This document shows, piece after piece, positions 31,211 to 39,019 of a DNA stretch of 64,000 nucleotides; within the stretch, counting starts at the first letter, position 1; each line of letters begins with the position of its first letter. The position numbers and the translations under genes were made by a program. The notes beneath the pieces are model-generated. The model was given only the letters and a program-made list of their open reading frames with translations. It did not search any database and was not told where the DNA came from. Source of the DNA: an uncultured Candidatus Rokubacteria bacterium. Its GTDB lineage: Bacteria; Methylomirabilota; Methylomirabilia; Rokubacteriales; CSP1-6. The stretch spans positions 32,001 through 96,000 of the forward strand of contig CAVVEU010000017.1 of assembly GCA_963747235.1 (NCBI GenBank), in the 5' to 3' direction.

Positions 31211-31285
31211 ATGAGCAACGTGTTCTACATCATCGGCGTCGTGGTGGTTGTGCTGTTCGTTCTGGGGTATCTCGGCTTCCGTTGA
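31211..31285 (+). CDS. 24-aa single-pass membrane miniprotein MSNVFYIIGVVVVVLFVLGYLGFR
   Basis: Strong RBS AAGAGGAGG, one TM helix, GC3-rich codons; below the ORF-track cutoff. Confidence 0.75.
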   Translation: MSNVFYIIGVVVVVLFVLGYLGFR

Positions 31286-31287
31286 GA

Positions 31288-31311
31288 CGTATTGGACCAA
31301 GGTCCAATACG
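31288..31311. promoter_or_regulatory. Perfect palindrome CGTATTGGACC-AA-GGTCCAATACG (operator-like); partial copy GACCAAGGTCCAATA at 31143-31157
   Basis: 11-bp arms with 2-nt spacer, AT-richer than background, each copy upstream of a small ORF. Confidence 0.65.
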
Positions 31312-31342
31312 GAGTTGGCCGCGCGAGCCCTAGAGTGGGAGG

Positions 31343-31507
31343 ATGCTCACGCACAAGTGCGAAACGTGTCAGAAGGACCTGATCGCGGATGTGCAGCGGT
31401 TCTGCGGTGACGATTGCCGGGTGCGTTTCGTGGAGGGCCTGAGAAAGGGCACCACGAGCCACACCGGCCGAACGGTCGCGCGGAGGCGTCGCCGCCGGGG
31501 ACGCTGA
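31343..31507 (+). CDS. 54-aa zinc-finger-like miniprotein (CETC...FCGDDC) with poly-Arg tail
   Basis: GGGAGG immediately upstream; CxxC-x11-CxxxC; stop abuts next ATG (TGAATG). Confidence 0.65.
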   Translation: MLTHKCETCQKDLIADVQRFCGDDCRVRFVEGLRKGTTSHTGRTVARRRRRRGR

Positions 31508-31699
31508 ATGGCGCTCCTCGCCATGAGCTTCGCCTGCAAGAGCGACGGACGCTGCGAGCATCCCCTGAGCGACTGCTCCACCGTGACGGGGGAGTACTGC
31601 CTCGGCTGCCATCACACCTCGACGCTGCCGGCGCCCGCGCGCCGATCCACGCCGCTGGGGCCGAGGGAAGCGCGTCCGGGGTCACCGCACTCCTCATAG
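31508..31699 (+). CDS. Cys/His-rich miniprotein, paralog A (conserved start likely 31523)
   Basis: 34/48 aa identical to 34602-34811 with synonymous codon differences. Confidence 0.7.
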   Translation: MALLAMSFACKSDGRCEHPLSDCSTVTGEYCLGCHHTSTLPAPARRSTPLGPREARPGSPHSS

Positions 31700-32930
31700 C
31701 CGTCGCCGGTCCGCGCAGACCGCCCCGCCCTTGTAGACCAGCTCGACGCGCGCCGGGATCCAGCAGCACGCTGATGTCGTCGAGCGGGTTGCCGTCGACC
31801 ACCACCAGGTCGGCCAGGCGTCCCTTCTCGATCGTGCCGACCTCGCGCTCGAGCCCCAGGCACCGGGCCGCCCACTGCGTGGCCGCGCGCAGCGCCTGCA
31901 TCGGCGACAGGCCCGCCTCGACCAGGTACTTGAGCTCGAGCGCGTTCTTCGGATGCCCGTGCCCGCCCGCGTCGGTGCCCGCCGCGATCGGCACGCCCAG
32001 CTCGAGCGCCCGGCGCACGCTGGCCACGTGGTGCGGGTAGAGCGCGAGGGCGCGCTCCCGCACGTGCGGCGACGGGCTCTCGCGGTGGTAGACGTACACC
32101 GTGAGCGTGGGCACGAAGAAGGTGCCCTGCACGGCCATCTGCTCGAGCAGCGTGGGATCCTCGTCCAGATAGCAGCCGTGCTCGATCGTGTCGACGCCGG
32201 CCTCGAGCGCGGTGCGCAGCCCGGGGCCGCCGAGGGCGTGGCACATCACGCGCCGCCCGAGGGCGTGCGACTCCGCCACGAGCGCCTCCATCTCGCCGAG
32301 GGTGAAGGCCGCGTCGAGCGGGCCGTGCCCGGCCCGCGAGCTGGCCCCGCCGGTGGTCGCGGTCTTGATCACGTCGGCGCCGGCGCGGACCATGGTGCGG
32401 ACCACGTCGCGCACCGCATCGGGCCCGTTGGCCACGCTCTCCGGCAGCAGGGGATCGTAGGCGGCGCAGCAGTCGTGGCCGGAGGGGCTCACGCGATCGC
32501 CGATGCCGCCGGTCGGCGAGATGATCTGCACGGCCAGCACCAGGCGCGGCCCCGGGATCAGCCCCTGCTCGATGGCGAGCTTGAAGCCCGCGTCGAGCCC
32601 GCCGCCGTCGCGCACGGTGGTGTAGCCCATCGCGAGCGTCTCCGCGAGCACGCGCGCGGTGCGGAGATGCGCGGTGCTCGCGGGCTCGTCGAGGCCCCAG
32701 CGCGTGGCCAGGCCGTAGCCGTGCGAGGCCAGATGGTCGTGCGCGTCGATCAGGCCGGGGATGACGGTGCGGCCACGCGCGTCGACGATCGCGGCGTCCG
32801 CGGGCCAGGACAGCGCCGCGCGGGGCCCGGCGGCGGTGATGCGGTCGCCGTCCATGACCACGGCGGCATCCGGCACCGGAGTCGCGCCGGTGCCGTCCAC
32901 CAGGGTGACGCCGGTGAGGACGCGGATCAT
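31694..32930 (-). CDS. Metal-dependent amidohydrolase (imidazolonepropionase / Xaa-Pro dipeptidase-like), +1 frameshift near 31752
   Basis: PGLIDAHDH, GADVIK, CHA, IEHG, AGTDAG, GRLADLVVVDGNP; true end ...VELVYKGG..RRL*. Confidence 0.88.
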
Positions 32931-32946
32931 CGCGCGCGCGCTCGGC

Positions 32947-34026
32947 TCAGTCCGCGACGGGAGCGGCGATCGCCTCGGCCTGCGCGCGCGTCACGCCCAT
33001 CACGCCGCCCGCGGTCACCAGCTCCTCCCAGGTGGTCGCGTCCAGCGGGATGCCCGCGCGCAGCCGCGCCTCGCGCGAGAGCCGCTCGGGATCGCCCGGC
33101 ACGAGCACCGGGCTGGCCGGATCCGTGGGCGGCGAGCCCTTCACGTAGCCCACGAAGCCGTCGACCTCGCGCCGCATCCAGTCCACGCCGGCCAGCCGCG
33201 CCGGATCCACGAGGACGCTGAACATGTTGTTGACGACGCCCCCGCGGCGCGGGTTGTCGGGCTGGATGGTCCCGCCGCCCGACATCGCCCCGGCCAGCAG
33301 CTCGGTGAGGACCGCCAGCGCGAATCCCTTGTGGGCGCCGAACGGCAGTAGCGAGCCGCGCGGCTCCTGGTACATCACCTCCGGGTCGTTGGTGGGCGCG
33401 CCCTGCGCGTCGATCAGGTTGCCATCGGGCAGCTTCTTGCCCGCCCGCTTCGCGACCGCCACCTTGCCCATCGCCACGCCGCTGGTGGCCATGTCGAGCA
33501 GGAGGGGTGGCTGGGTGGCGGTGCCGGGCATCCCGATGCAGACCGGGTTGGTGGAGAAGCGCGCGTCGCTCCCGCGAAAGGGCGCCACCAGCCCCACGTG
33601 ATCCACCACGTTGACGAAGTGGAGCGAGACGAGCCCGGCCGCGGTGGCCAGCTCGCCGTAGGCGCCGACCCGCCCGACGTGGTGCGAGTTCGCGAGCGTC
33701 ACCACCGCCACGCCCGTCTCCCGGGCGCGCGCCATCGCGGCGGCCATCGCCTCGCCGGCCACCCGGCGCCCGAACCCCCGCTGACCGTCGAACATGAGGA
33801 AGGCGCCGTCGTCCTTCACCACCTTCGCGGAGGTGTTGGGGATGACGAGCCCTTCCTTCAGGTGCCGCACGTAGTGGGGGATCAGCCCGACCCCGTGGCT
33901 GTCGTGCCCGGCGAGATTGGCGTCCACGAGGTGAGTGGCCACCAGGTCGGCCTCGGCGGGCTCGCTGCCGCCGCGGGCGAGGATGGTGGAGGTGAGCCGG
34001 CGAAGACGGTCGGAGGGTATGCGCAT
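32947..34026 (-). CDS. Ldh_2 family malate/L-lactate/hydroxycarboxylate dehydrogenase (YbiC/HcxB-like)
   Basis: GHDSHG, SHHVGRVG, STNP, LDMATS, LLPFGAHKG. Confidence 0.9.
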   Translation of the reverse strand: MRIPSDRLRRLTSTILARGGSEPAEADLVATHLVDANLAGHDSHGVGLIPHYVRHLKEGLVIPNTSAKVVKDDGAFLMFDGQRGFGRRVAGEAMAAAMARARETGVAVVTLANSHHVGRVGAYGELATAAGLVSLHFVNVVDHVGLVAPFRGSDARFSTNPVCIGMPGTATQPPLLLDMATSGVAMGKVAVAKRAGKKLPDGNLIDAQGAPTNDPEVMYQEPRGSLLPFGAHKGFALAVLTELLAGAMSGGGTIQPDNPRRGGVVNNMFSVLVDPARLAGVDWMRREVDGFVGYVKGSPPTDPASPVLVPGDPERLSREARLRAGIPLDATTWEELVTAGGVMGVTRAQAEAIAAPVAD

Positions 34027-34201
34027 GACGCCGAGACTACTTGCGAGCGCCGCGCGAATCAAGACGGCGCGACCGCGGCCCCTCGTTCCGTGCTAGAGTT
34101 TGTCTGCCTCCCGCGGGCTCTCCTGGTTCGACGCACCCGGCGTTGCGATCCCGTGGTATCTGGTCTTGCCTTCCCTCTCACGGTCTGGATAGGGGATTGC
34201 C

Positions 34202-34396
34202 ATGGCGGGTGGCGTCATCGTCGGCATCCTCCGGGAGCGCTACGAGGATCACATCGTGCTCGAGAACGGCACCAAGATCTTTCTGACGAGCAAGCAGACT
34301 GCGGGCGGGCTCAGCCCCGGGACCAGCTTGACGGTCGCGTACACCGCGAAGCGGGACGGCCGGAAAGTCGCGGACAACATCTGGAGCGGGAGCTGA
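34202..34396 (+). CDS. 64-aa small beta-rich (OB-fold-like) hypothetical protein
   Basis: AGGGG RBS, alternating beta pattern (IVLENGTKIFL...GTSLTVAY...KVADNI), GC3-rich. Confidence 0.6.
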   Translation: MAGGVIVGILRERYEDHIVLENGTKIFLTSKQTAGGLSPGTSLTVAYTAKRDGRKVADNIWSGS

Positions 34397-34426
34397 TATG
34401 GTCGCTAACTCGAAAAGGGAGATCGC

Positions 34427-34582
34427 ATGTTCAAATCGAATTTCCTGATCGCCTTTGCGGTGCTGGTCGTCCTGTGGATCCTCGACTTCTTCGTGCTCCA
34501 CATGATCGGCGGCCTGATCCACGTGCTCCTGGTCGTGGGCGTGATCATGTTGATCGTCCACTTCCTGCGCGGACGACCGTAG
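34427..34582 (+). CDS. 51-aa two-TM membrane protein (lmo0937/DUF5670-like)
   Basis: MFKSNFLIAFAVLVVLWILDFFVLHMIGGLIHVLLVVGVIMLIVHFLRGRP; LW..G(G)LIHxLL..GR signature; AAGGGAG RBS. Confidence 0.78.
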   Translation: MFKSNFLIAFAVLVVLWILDFFVLHMIGGLIHVLLVVGVIMLIVHFLRGRP

Positions 34583-34601
34583 GGGGCGCGACTCTCTCCC
34601 C

Positions 34602-34811
34602 ATGTCCTTTGCCTGCAAGAGCGAGCGGCGCTGTGATCACGAGCTGAAGGAATGCTCCGCGGTCCGGGGCGAGTATTGCCTCGTGTGCCATCACAACTCC
34701 TCGCTCGCGACCCCGGCCCGGCGCTCGACGCCGATGGGGCCGCGGAAGGACCGGACCGGCCTGTCGGCGGTCCTGCGAGAGATCCGGGAGCGCCGCAAGC
34801 GGAAGTCCTGA
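34602..34811 (+). CDS. Cys/His-rich miniprotein, paralog B, basic C-tail
   Basis: Same C-x5-C-x-H-x4-C-x7-C-x2-C-H-H pattern as 31523-31699. Confidence 0.72.
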   Translation: MSFACKSERRCDHELKECSAVRGEYCLVCHHNSSLATPARRSTPMGPRKDRTGLSAVLREIRERRKRKS

Positions 34812-34881
34812 CGTGGGCCGCCCGTGCTGGCGGGCAGGTGTAGCATGGAGATGTAGGCAGTCGAACCACAGGAGGTGTGTC

Positions 34882-35139
34882 ATGACACAGAGACTTCGTT
34901 GGGTATTCGTCCCGGCGGGATTGATCGTGGCGGTGGCTCTCGGATTCGGCACCGTCGGCGCGGCCGACAAGACCAAGGTGGACCAGGCGACGCAGCGGGT
35001 CCAGCAGGGCGCCAAGCAGATCGGCCAGGGCAATGTGGGCACGGGCGTGACGGAGACCGCCAAGGGCATCGGCAACACGGTGGTCGAGGGCGCCAAGTTC
35101 AGCGGCCAGACCATCAAGGAGTTCTTCACCGGGAAGTAG
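34882..35139 (+). CDS. Small secreted Gly/Lys/Thr-rich helical protein
   Basis: AGGAGG RBS, signal peptide, amphipathic repeats. Confidence 0.75.
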   Translation: MTQRLRWVFVPAGLIVAVALGFGTVGAADKTKVDQATQRVQQGAKQIGQGNVGTGVTETAKGIGNTVVEGAKFSGQTIKEFFTGK

Positions 35140-35157
35140 AGGCACCGAGGGGGCGCG

Positions 35158-35388
35158 TCAGCTTCGCTCGCCGCCCCACTCCCGTCGGAGCCGCTCCCGG
35201 CTGTACCCGGCCTGCTCGAGCTGCTTCATCACGAGCGACACGCTCGTGGCGCTGAGCGTCTGCGGCCCGTGTCCCAGGACCACGACGTGATGGCCGCGCA
35301 GGGTGAAATGTTTGTGCCCGTCGGCGCGCTTCACCCTGACGGCTCCCTCCCGCAGCAGCCATCGCTCGAGTTCTCGGCGTGTGATCAC
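35158..35388 (-). CDS. HicA-like (dsRBD-fold) putative mRNA interferase, no adjacent HicB
   Basis: 76 aa basic; RELERWL..EG...R..GHKHF...VVVLGHG..L...V..V pattern resembles HicA. Confidence 0.55.
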   Translation of the reverse strand: MITRRELERWLLREGAVRVKRADGHKHFTLRGHHVVVLGHGPQTLSATSVSLVMKQLEQAGYSRERLRREWGGERS

Positions 35389-35393
35389 CTCTC

Positions 35394-35453
35394 GCGTCCC
35401 CTTCCCCCTGCGTCCCCTTCCCCCTGCGTCCCCTTCCCCCTGCGTCCCCTTCC
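35394..35453. repeat. Tandem repeat (GCGTCCCCTTCCCCCT)x3.75
   Basis: Perfect 16-bp units starting at 35394, 35410 and 35426, partial unit at 35442. Confidence 0.95.
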
Positions 35454-35485
35454 AAGGATACAGGGGAGTGTGCTACCACCGGTCC

Positions 35486-35824
35486 ATGACGACCGATCGG
35501 TGGGCCGCGGCGCTCCTGCTGGGGATCATCGCGCTGGCGGACACGGCATCCTCGGCCGATCAGGAGTACGTCATCTGGCGGAGCACGACGCTCGACCGGC
35601 TCGACTGGACGCCCGGCCGCACGACGTATGCGTCGAGGGAGGCGTGCGATCAGGCTGTCGCGGTGCGCCAGGGGCGGGTCGCCAGGGCCGTCGCGTTCCT
35701 GCGCCGGCTCGGGGCGGACGACACGCTGCTGCAGGTGGTTGGCGACCGCGTGTACGAGTGTCGCCCGGCGCTCACCGGTCCGTCCGCGCGCCCTCCGGGA
35801 CGCGAGCCGGCGCAGTCCCCGTGA
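35486..35824 (+). CDS. Small secreted hypothetical protein with two Cys
   Basis: Signal-like N-terminus, YVIW..., ACDQ...YECRP. Confidence 0.6.
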   Translation: MTTDRWAAALLLGIIALADTASSADQEYVIWRSTTLDRLDWTPGRTTYASREACDQAVAVRQGRVARAVAFLRRLGADDTLLQVVGDRVYECRPALTGPSARPPGREPAQSP

Positions 35825-35853
35825 CCGGAAGGGGCCTCGACGGCCCCCTCCGG
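35825..35853. terminator. Hairpin between convergent genes
   Basis: CCGGAAGGGGCC-TCGAC-GGCCCCCTCCGG. Confidence 0.55.
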
Positions 35854-35866
35854 CCGGTCTTTCCGC

Positions 35867-36913
35867 TCAGGCGCGCGCTTCGAACACCAGGTTGAAGGGG
35901 GTCTCGGCCGCGCGGCGGAACCGCGTGAAGCCGGCCTTCGTGGCCACCTGCCGCAGGCGCGCCTCGCCGGCCTGCGCGCCGAGGGCGGTGCCGACTTCCT
36001 GGTTCAGCGAGTTCGGCGTGCACAGCATCGTCGACGCTCCGTAGTACAGACGACCGACCGGATTCAGGTTGTCCTCGAGGCGGTCGTTTGCAAACGGCTC
36101 GACCAGCATCCACGTGCCGTTGGCTCCGATGGACTTCCGGACGTGGCTCCCGATGCCGACCGGATCGCCCATGTCGTGCAGCGAGTCGAAGAATGCGACG
36201 AGGTCGTAGTCCGCACCCGGGTAGTTGCTGGCGCTCGCGACCTCGAACGTGACACGGTCGGTGACCCCTTCACGCTTCGCGACCTGGCGCGCGAACTCGA
36301 TCGAGCCCTGGTGGTAGTCGAAGCCCACGAAGCGCGACTTGGGAAATGCCTTCGCCATGAGGATCGTCGAGGCGCCGTGGCCGCAGCCCACGTCGGCCAC
36401 CCGGCCGCCCTTCTCCAGCTTGGCCTGGACGCCCTCGAGCGCCGGGATCCACGCCGGGACGAGGTTGACGGCATAGCCCGGACGGAAGAACCGCTCGGTG
36501 CCCTCGAACAGCCCCGGATCGTGCTCGTGCCAGCCCATACCTTTGCCGGTCCGGAAGGCGTCGGTGATTCGCGGCTCCGACTTCACGGTGGACTGCGCGA
36601 GCAGGAACGCCCCGGGCAGGTCGGCGTCGAGGAGGGCGACCGCCTGCTCCTCGGAGAGGGAGAACTCGGACGTGGCGCTCTCGTAGGTGACGTAGCCGCC
36701 GGCGGCCATCGTCGAGAGCCACTCGCGAATGTAGCGCTCGTGGGTGTTCGTCCGCTTCGCCAGGTCCGCCGGGGTGGTCGGCCCGAGCTCGCGCATCGCG
36801 CGGAAGAGCCCGAGCTTGTCGCCCGTGATCACGAGCGCGGCATGGAAGTTGGCGCCGATGTCGACCACGGCGCGGCCGAGCAACGCGTTGAGCTTCTCCT
36901 GATCGATCGCCAT
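35867..36913 (-). CDS. Class I SAM-dependent methyltransferase with N-terminal wHTH (Rv2258c-like)
   Basis: GDKLGLF, ERYIREWL, RVADVGCGHG, FDSLHDMGDP, LGAQAGE. Confidence 0.92.
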   Translation of the reverse strand: MAIDQEKLNALLGRAVVDIGANFHAALVITGDKLGLFRAMRELGPTTPADLAKRTNTHERYIREWLSTMAAGGYVTYESATSEFSLSEEQAVALLDADLPGAFLLAQSTVKSEPRITDAFRTGKGMGWHEHDPGLFEGTERFFRPGYAVNLVPAWIPALEGVQAKLEKGGRVADVGCGHGASTILMAKAFPKSRFVGFDYHQGSIEFARQVAKREGVTDRVTFEVASASNYPGADYDLVAFFDSLHDMGDPVGIGSHVRKSIGANGTWMLVEPFANDRLEDNLNPVGRLYYGASTMLCTPNSLNQEVGTALGAQAGEARLRQVATKAGFTRFRRAAETPFNLVFEARA

Positions 36914-36970
36914 GAGGGGCCTCCTGTTCTGAGTACGGGTGAACGGCGTTGGATTCTGCCGACACGCCTC

Positions 36971-36986
36971 AGCAACAGAAATGCCA
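36971..36986 (-). promoter_or_regulatory. sigma54 (-24/-12) promoter
   Basis: TGGCATTTCTGTTGCT: GG-N10-GC with canonical flanks, 58 nt upstream of the methyltransferase ATG. Confidence 0.65.
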
Positions 36987-37099
36987 CCTGGCAACTGCTG
37001 GAAAATATTGAGAGGCGCCGCGCCGGCGCCGGGGATGCGGGCGGCATCGTGCCCTGAGGTCGCGGAAGATTGCCCGAAGCCGGTCGGCCCGAGCGGCCC

Positions 37100-38128
37100 T
37101 CAGAAGGCGAGGGGGATCTCGCGCCCCTCGCGCAGCGAGCGCTCGGCCTCGACGCAGACGATCACCCGCTTGCGCGCCTCCTCGCCCGACACCAGCGGCC
37201 GCCGCTCGCGGAACGCCACGACGGCCTGCGCGAGCTGCGCCTCCAGCTCGAAGAGCTCGCCGGACGCGGCCAGGGCTACGGTCTCCGGCTCGCCCCCGCG
37301 GCGCTTCACCCTCAGCTCGAACGCGGGCCGGCGCGTGCGATCTAGCGTGCCCGACCACCAGGCGCGGATGGCGCCCTCGCGGCCGACCACCTCGGTCACG
37401 TGGTGGTATTCGAAGGCGGCCAGCGTCTCGGTGACGACGGCGTAGGCCCCGCCGCGGAAGCGCAGGAGCGCGGTGAAGTTGTCCTCCATGCCTTCCTCCG
37501 GCCGCCGGCCGTTGCCGAGGGCCAGAACCGACACCGGGTCCCCGTGGCGCTCGAGGTACCACATCAGCGAATCGAAGGCGTGCACGGGCTCTTCGAGGAT
37601 CCACGAGCCCACGCGTGACTGGTCCTGACGCCAGCCCTCGGCGCCCGGGCGGTACGGGAAGCGGAAGAGGGTGTGGAGCGCGTACATCGGATCGCCGATG
37701 TCGCCCGCGTCGATGATCGCCTTCACGGCGCCCCACTGGGTGGAGAGCCGGAGCTCGTGGCCGATGCTGAGCATGCGCCCGCTGCGGCGGGCGGCCGCGA
37801 GGAGGCGGTCGCACTGCGCGGCGGTGGCGGCCATCGGCTTCTCGAGCAGCACGTCCTTGCCGGCGTCGAGGGCCGCGACGCCGATCTCCTCGTGCAGGTG
37901 GTTGGGTACCACGATGTCGGCCACGTCCACGTCGGGGCGCGCCAGGAGCTCCCGGTAGTCGAGGTGCACCGGTACGTCAGGGAAGTCCCGTCGCGCGGCG
38001 GCCGCCGTCGCCTCGCTCCGGCAGGCGATGGCGGCCAGGACCGCACCGGGCGCCTTGCGGATCGCGGTCGCGTGGGGGCGGCCCCAGAGCCCGTAGCCGA
38101 TCAGGCCGAAGCGCATGCCTATCCTCAC
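37100..38128 (-). CDS. Gfo/Idh/MocA family oxidoreductase
   Basis: FGLIGYG, VPNHLH, VLLEKPM, HAFD. Confidence 0.9.
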   Translation of the reverse strand: MRIGMRFGLIGYGLWGRPHATAIRKAPGAVLAAIACRSEATAAAARRDFPDVPVHLDYRELLARPDVDVADIVVPNHLHEEIGVAALDAGKDVLLEKPMAATAAQCDRLLAAARRSGRMLSIGHELRLSTQWGAVKAIIDAGDIGDPMYALHTLFRFPYRPGAEGWRQDQSRVGSWILEEPVHAFDSLMWYLERHGDPVSVLALGNGRRPEEGMEDNFTALLRFRGGAYAVVTETLAAFEYHHVTEVVGREGAIRAWWSGTLDRTRRPAFELRVKRRGGEPETVALAASGELFELEAQLAQAVVAFRERRPLVSGEEARKRVIVCVEAERSLREGREIPLAF

Positions 38129-39019
38129 CTATCCCTTTACCGCGCCGGCGACCAGCCCGCGCACCACGTACTTCTGCAGGAGCAGCACGAGCGCCAGCGT
38201 GGGCAGGAGGCCGAGCAGGCAGATCGCCATCATCAGAGTGAAGAACACGAAGTAGTCGGAGACGAGGCCGGCCAGGATCACCGGCACCGTCATGGCCTCC
38301 GGCCGGCTGACCACGATGAGCGGGATCAGCAGCTCGTGCCACGAGATGATGAACAGGATGACCCCGCAGGCGGCCAGGCCCGGCGTCGAGAGCGGCAGGA
38401 TCATCCGGAGGAACGCGGTGAAGCGCGTGCAGCCGTCGATCCGAGCGGCGTCCTCCAGCTCGCTCGGGAAGGACGCGAAGTACGGCACCAGGATCATGAT
38501 GGCGTAGGGGATCAGGAAGCCGACCTCGGCCAGGATCACGCCGCTCAGCGAGTTGAGCAGCCCGTACGTCCGGAACAGCACGTAGAGCGGGACCATGAGG
38601 ACGATCAGCGGCACCATCCGGCTCATCGCGCTCATCTGGAGCAGCGTCTGCGTCCAGCGCACCTTCAGGCGGGCGACGGTGTAGGCCGACAGGCTGGCCA
38701 GGGCCAGCGCGATCAGCGTGACCGCGACGCCGACGATGAGGCTGTTGAGGAACGCGGCCGGGAATCGCTCGACCGACTTGGGCAGGTAGGAGACCTGGTC
38801 GAAGATCGGCCCACGCTGGGCGCCCGCCGACAGGATCAGCCGGAAGTTGGCCACGGTGTACTCGCGCGGCAGGAGCGCCCGCGTGTCGCCCTGGAGGGTC
38901 TTCTCCGACTGCACGCTCGAGAGGACGAGGGGCACGAGCGGCGCGATCAGGAACGCGATCGCCACGAGGTTCGCGACCCAGAGCGCGACCCGCCGCGGCC
39001 ACGCCAGACGCCGGCTCAC
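38129..39019 (-). CDS. Carbohydrate ABC transporter permease (MalG-like)
   Basis: ELEDAARIDGC, SWHE, GLVAGAVKG; GTG overlapping the upstream stop. Confidence 0.88.
   Translation of the reverse strand: MSRRLAWPRRVALWVANLVAIAFLIAPLVPLVLSSVQSEKTLQGDTRALLPREYTVANFRLILSAGAQRGPIFDQVSYLPKSVERFPAAFLNSLIVGVAVTLIALALASLSAYTVARLKVRWTQTLLQMSAMSRMVPLIVLMVPLYVLFRTYGLLNSLSGVILAEVGFLIPYAIMILVPYFASFPSELEDAARIDGCTRFTAFLRMILPLSTPGLAACGVILFIISWHELLIPLIVVSRPEAMTVPVILAGLVSDYFVFFTLMMAICLLGLLPTLALVLLLQKYVVRGLVAGAVKG

Noticed and set aside
34110-34175. GGTTCGA suggesting a tRNA T-loop
   Set aside because: No cloverleaf, acceptor stem or CCA could be built
31523-34811. c-type cytochrome call from CxxCH in the two miniproteins
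   Set aside because: No signal peptide or TM anchor for periplasmic heme attachment; extra Cys/His favour another metal site
35394-35453. Tandem repeat considered as a mini CRISPR array
   Set aside because: Units are contiguous with no spacers, 16 bp long, and no cas genes are present
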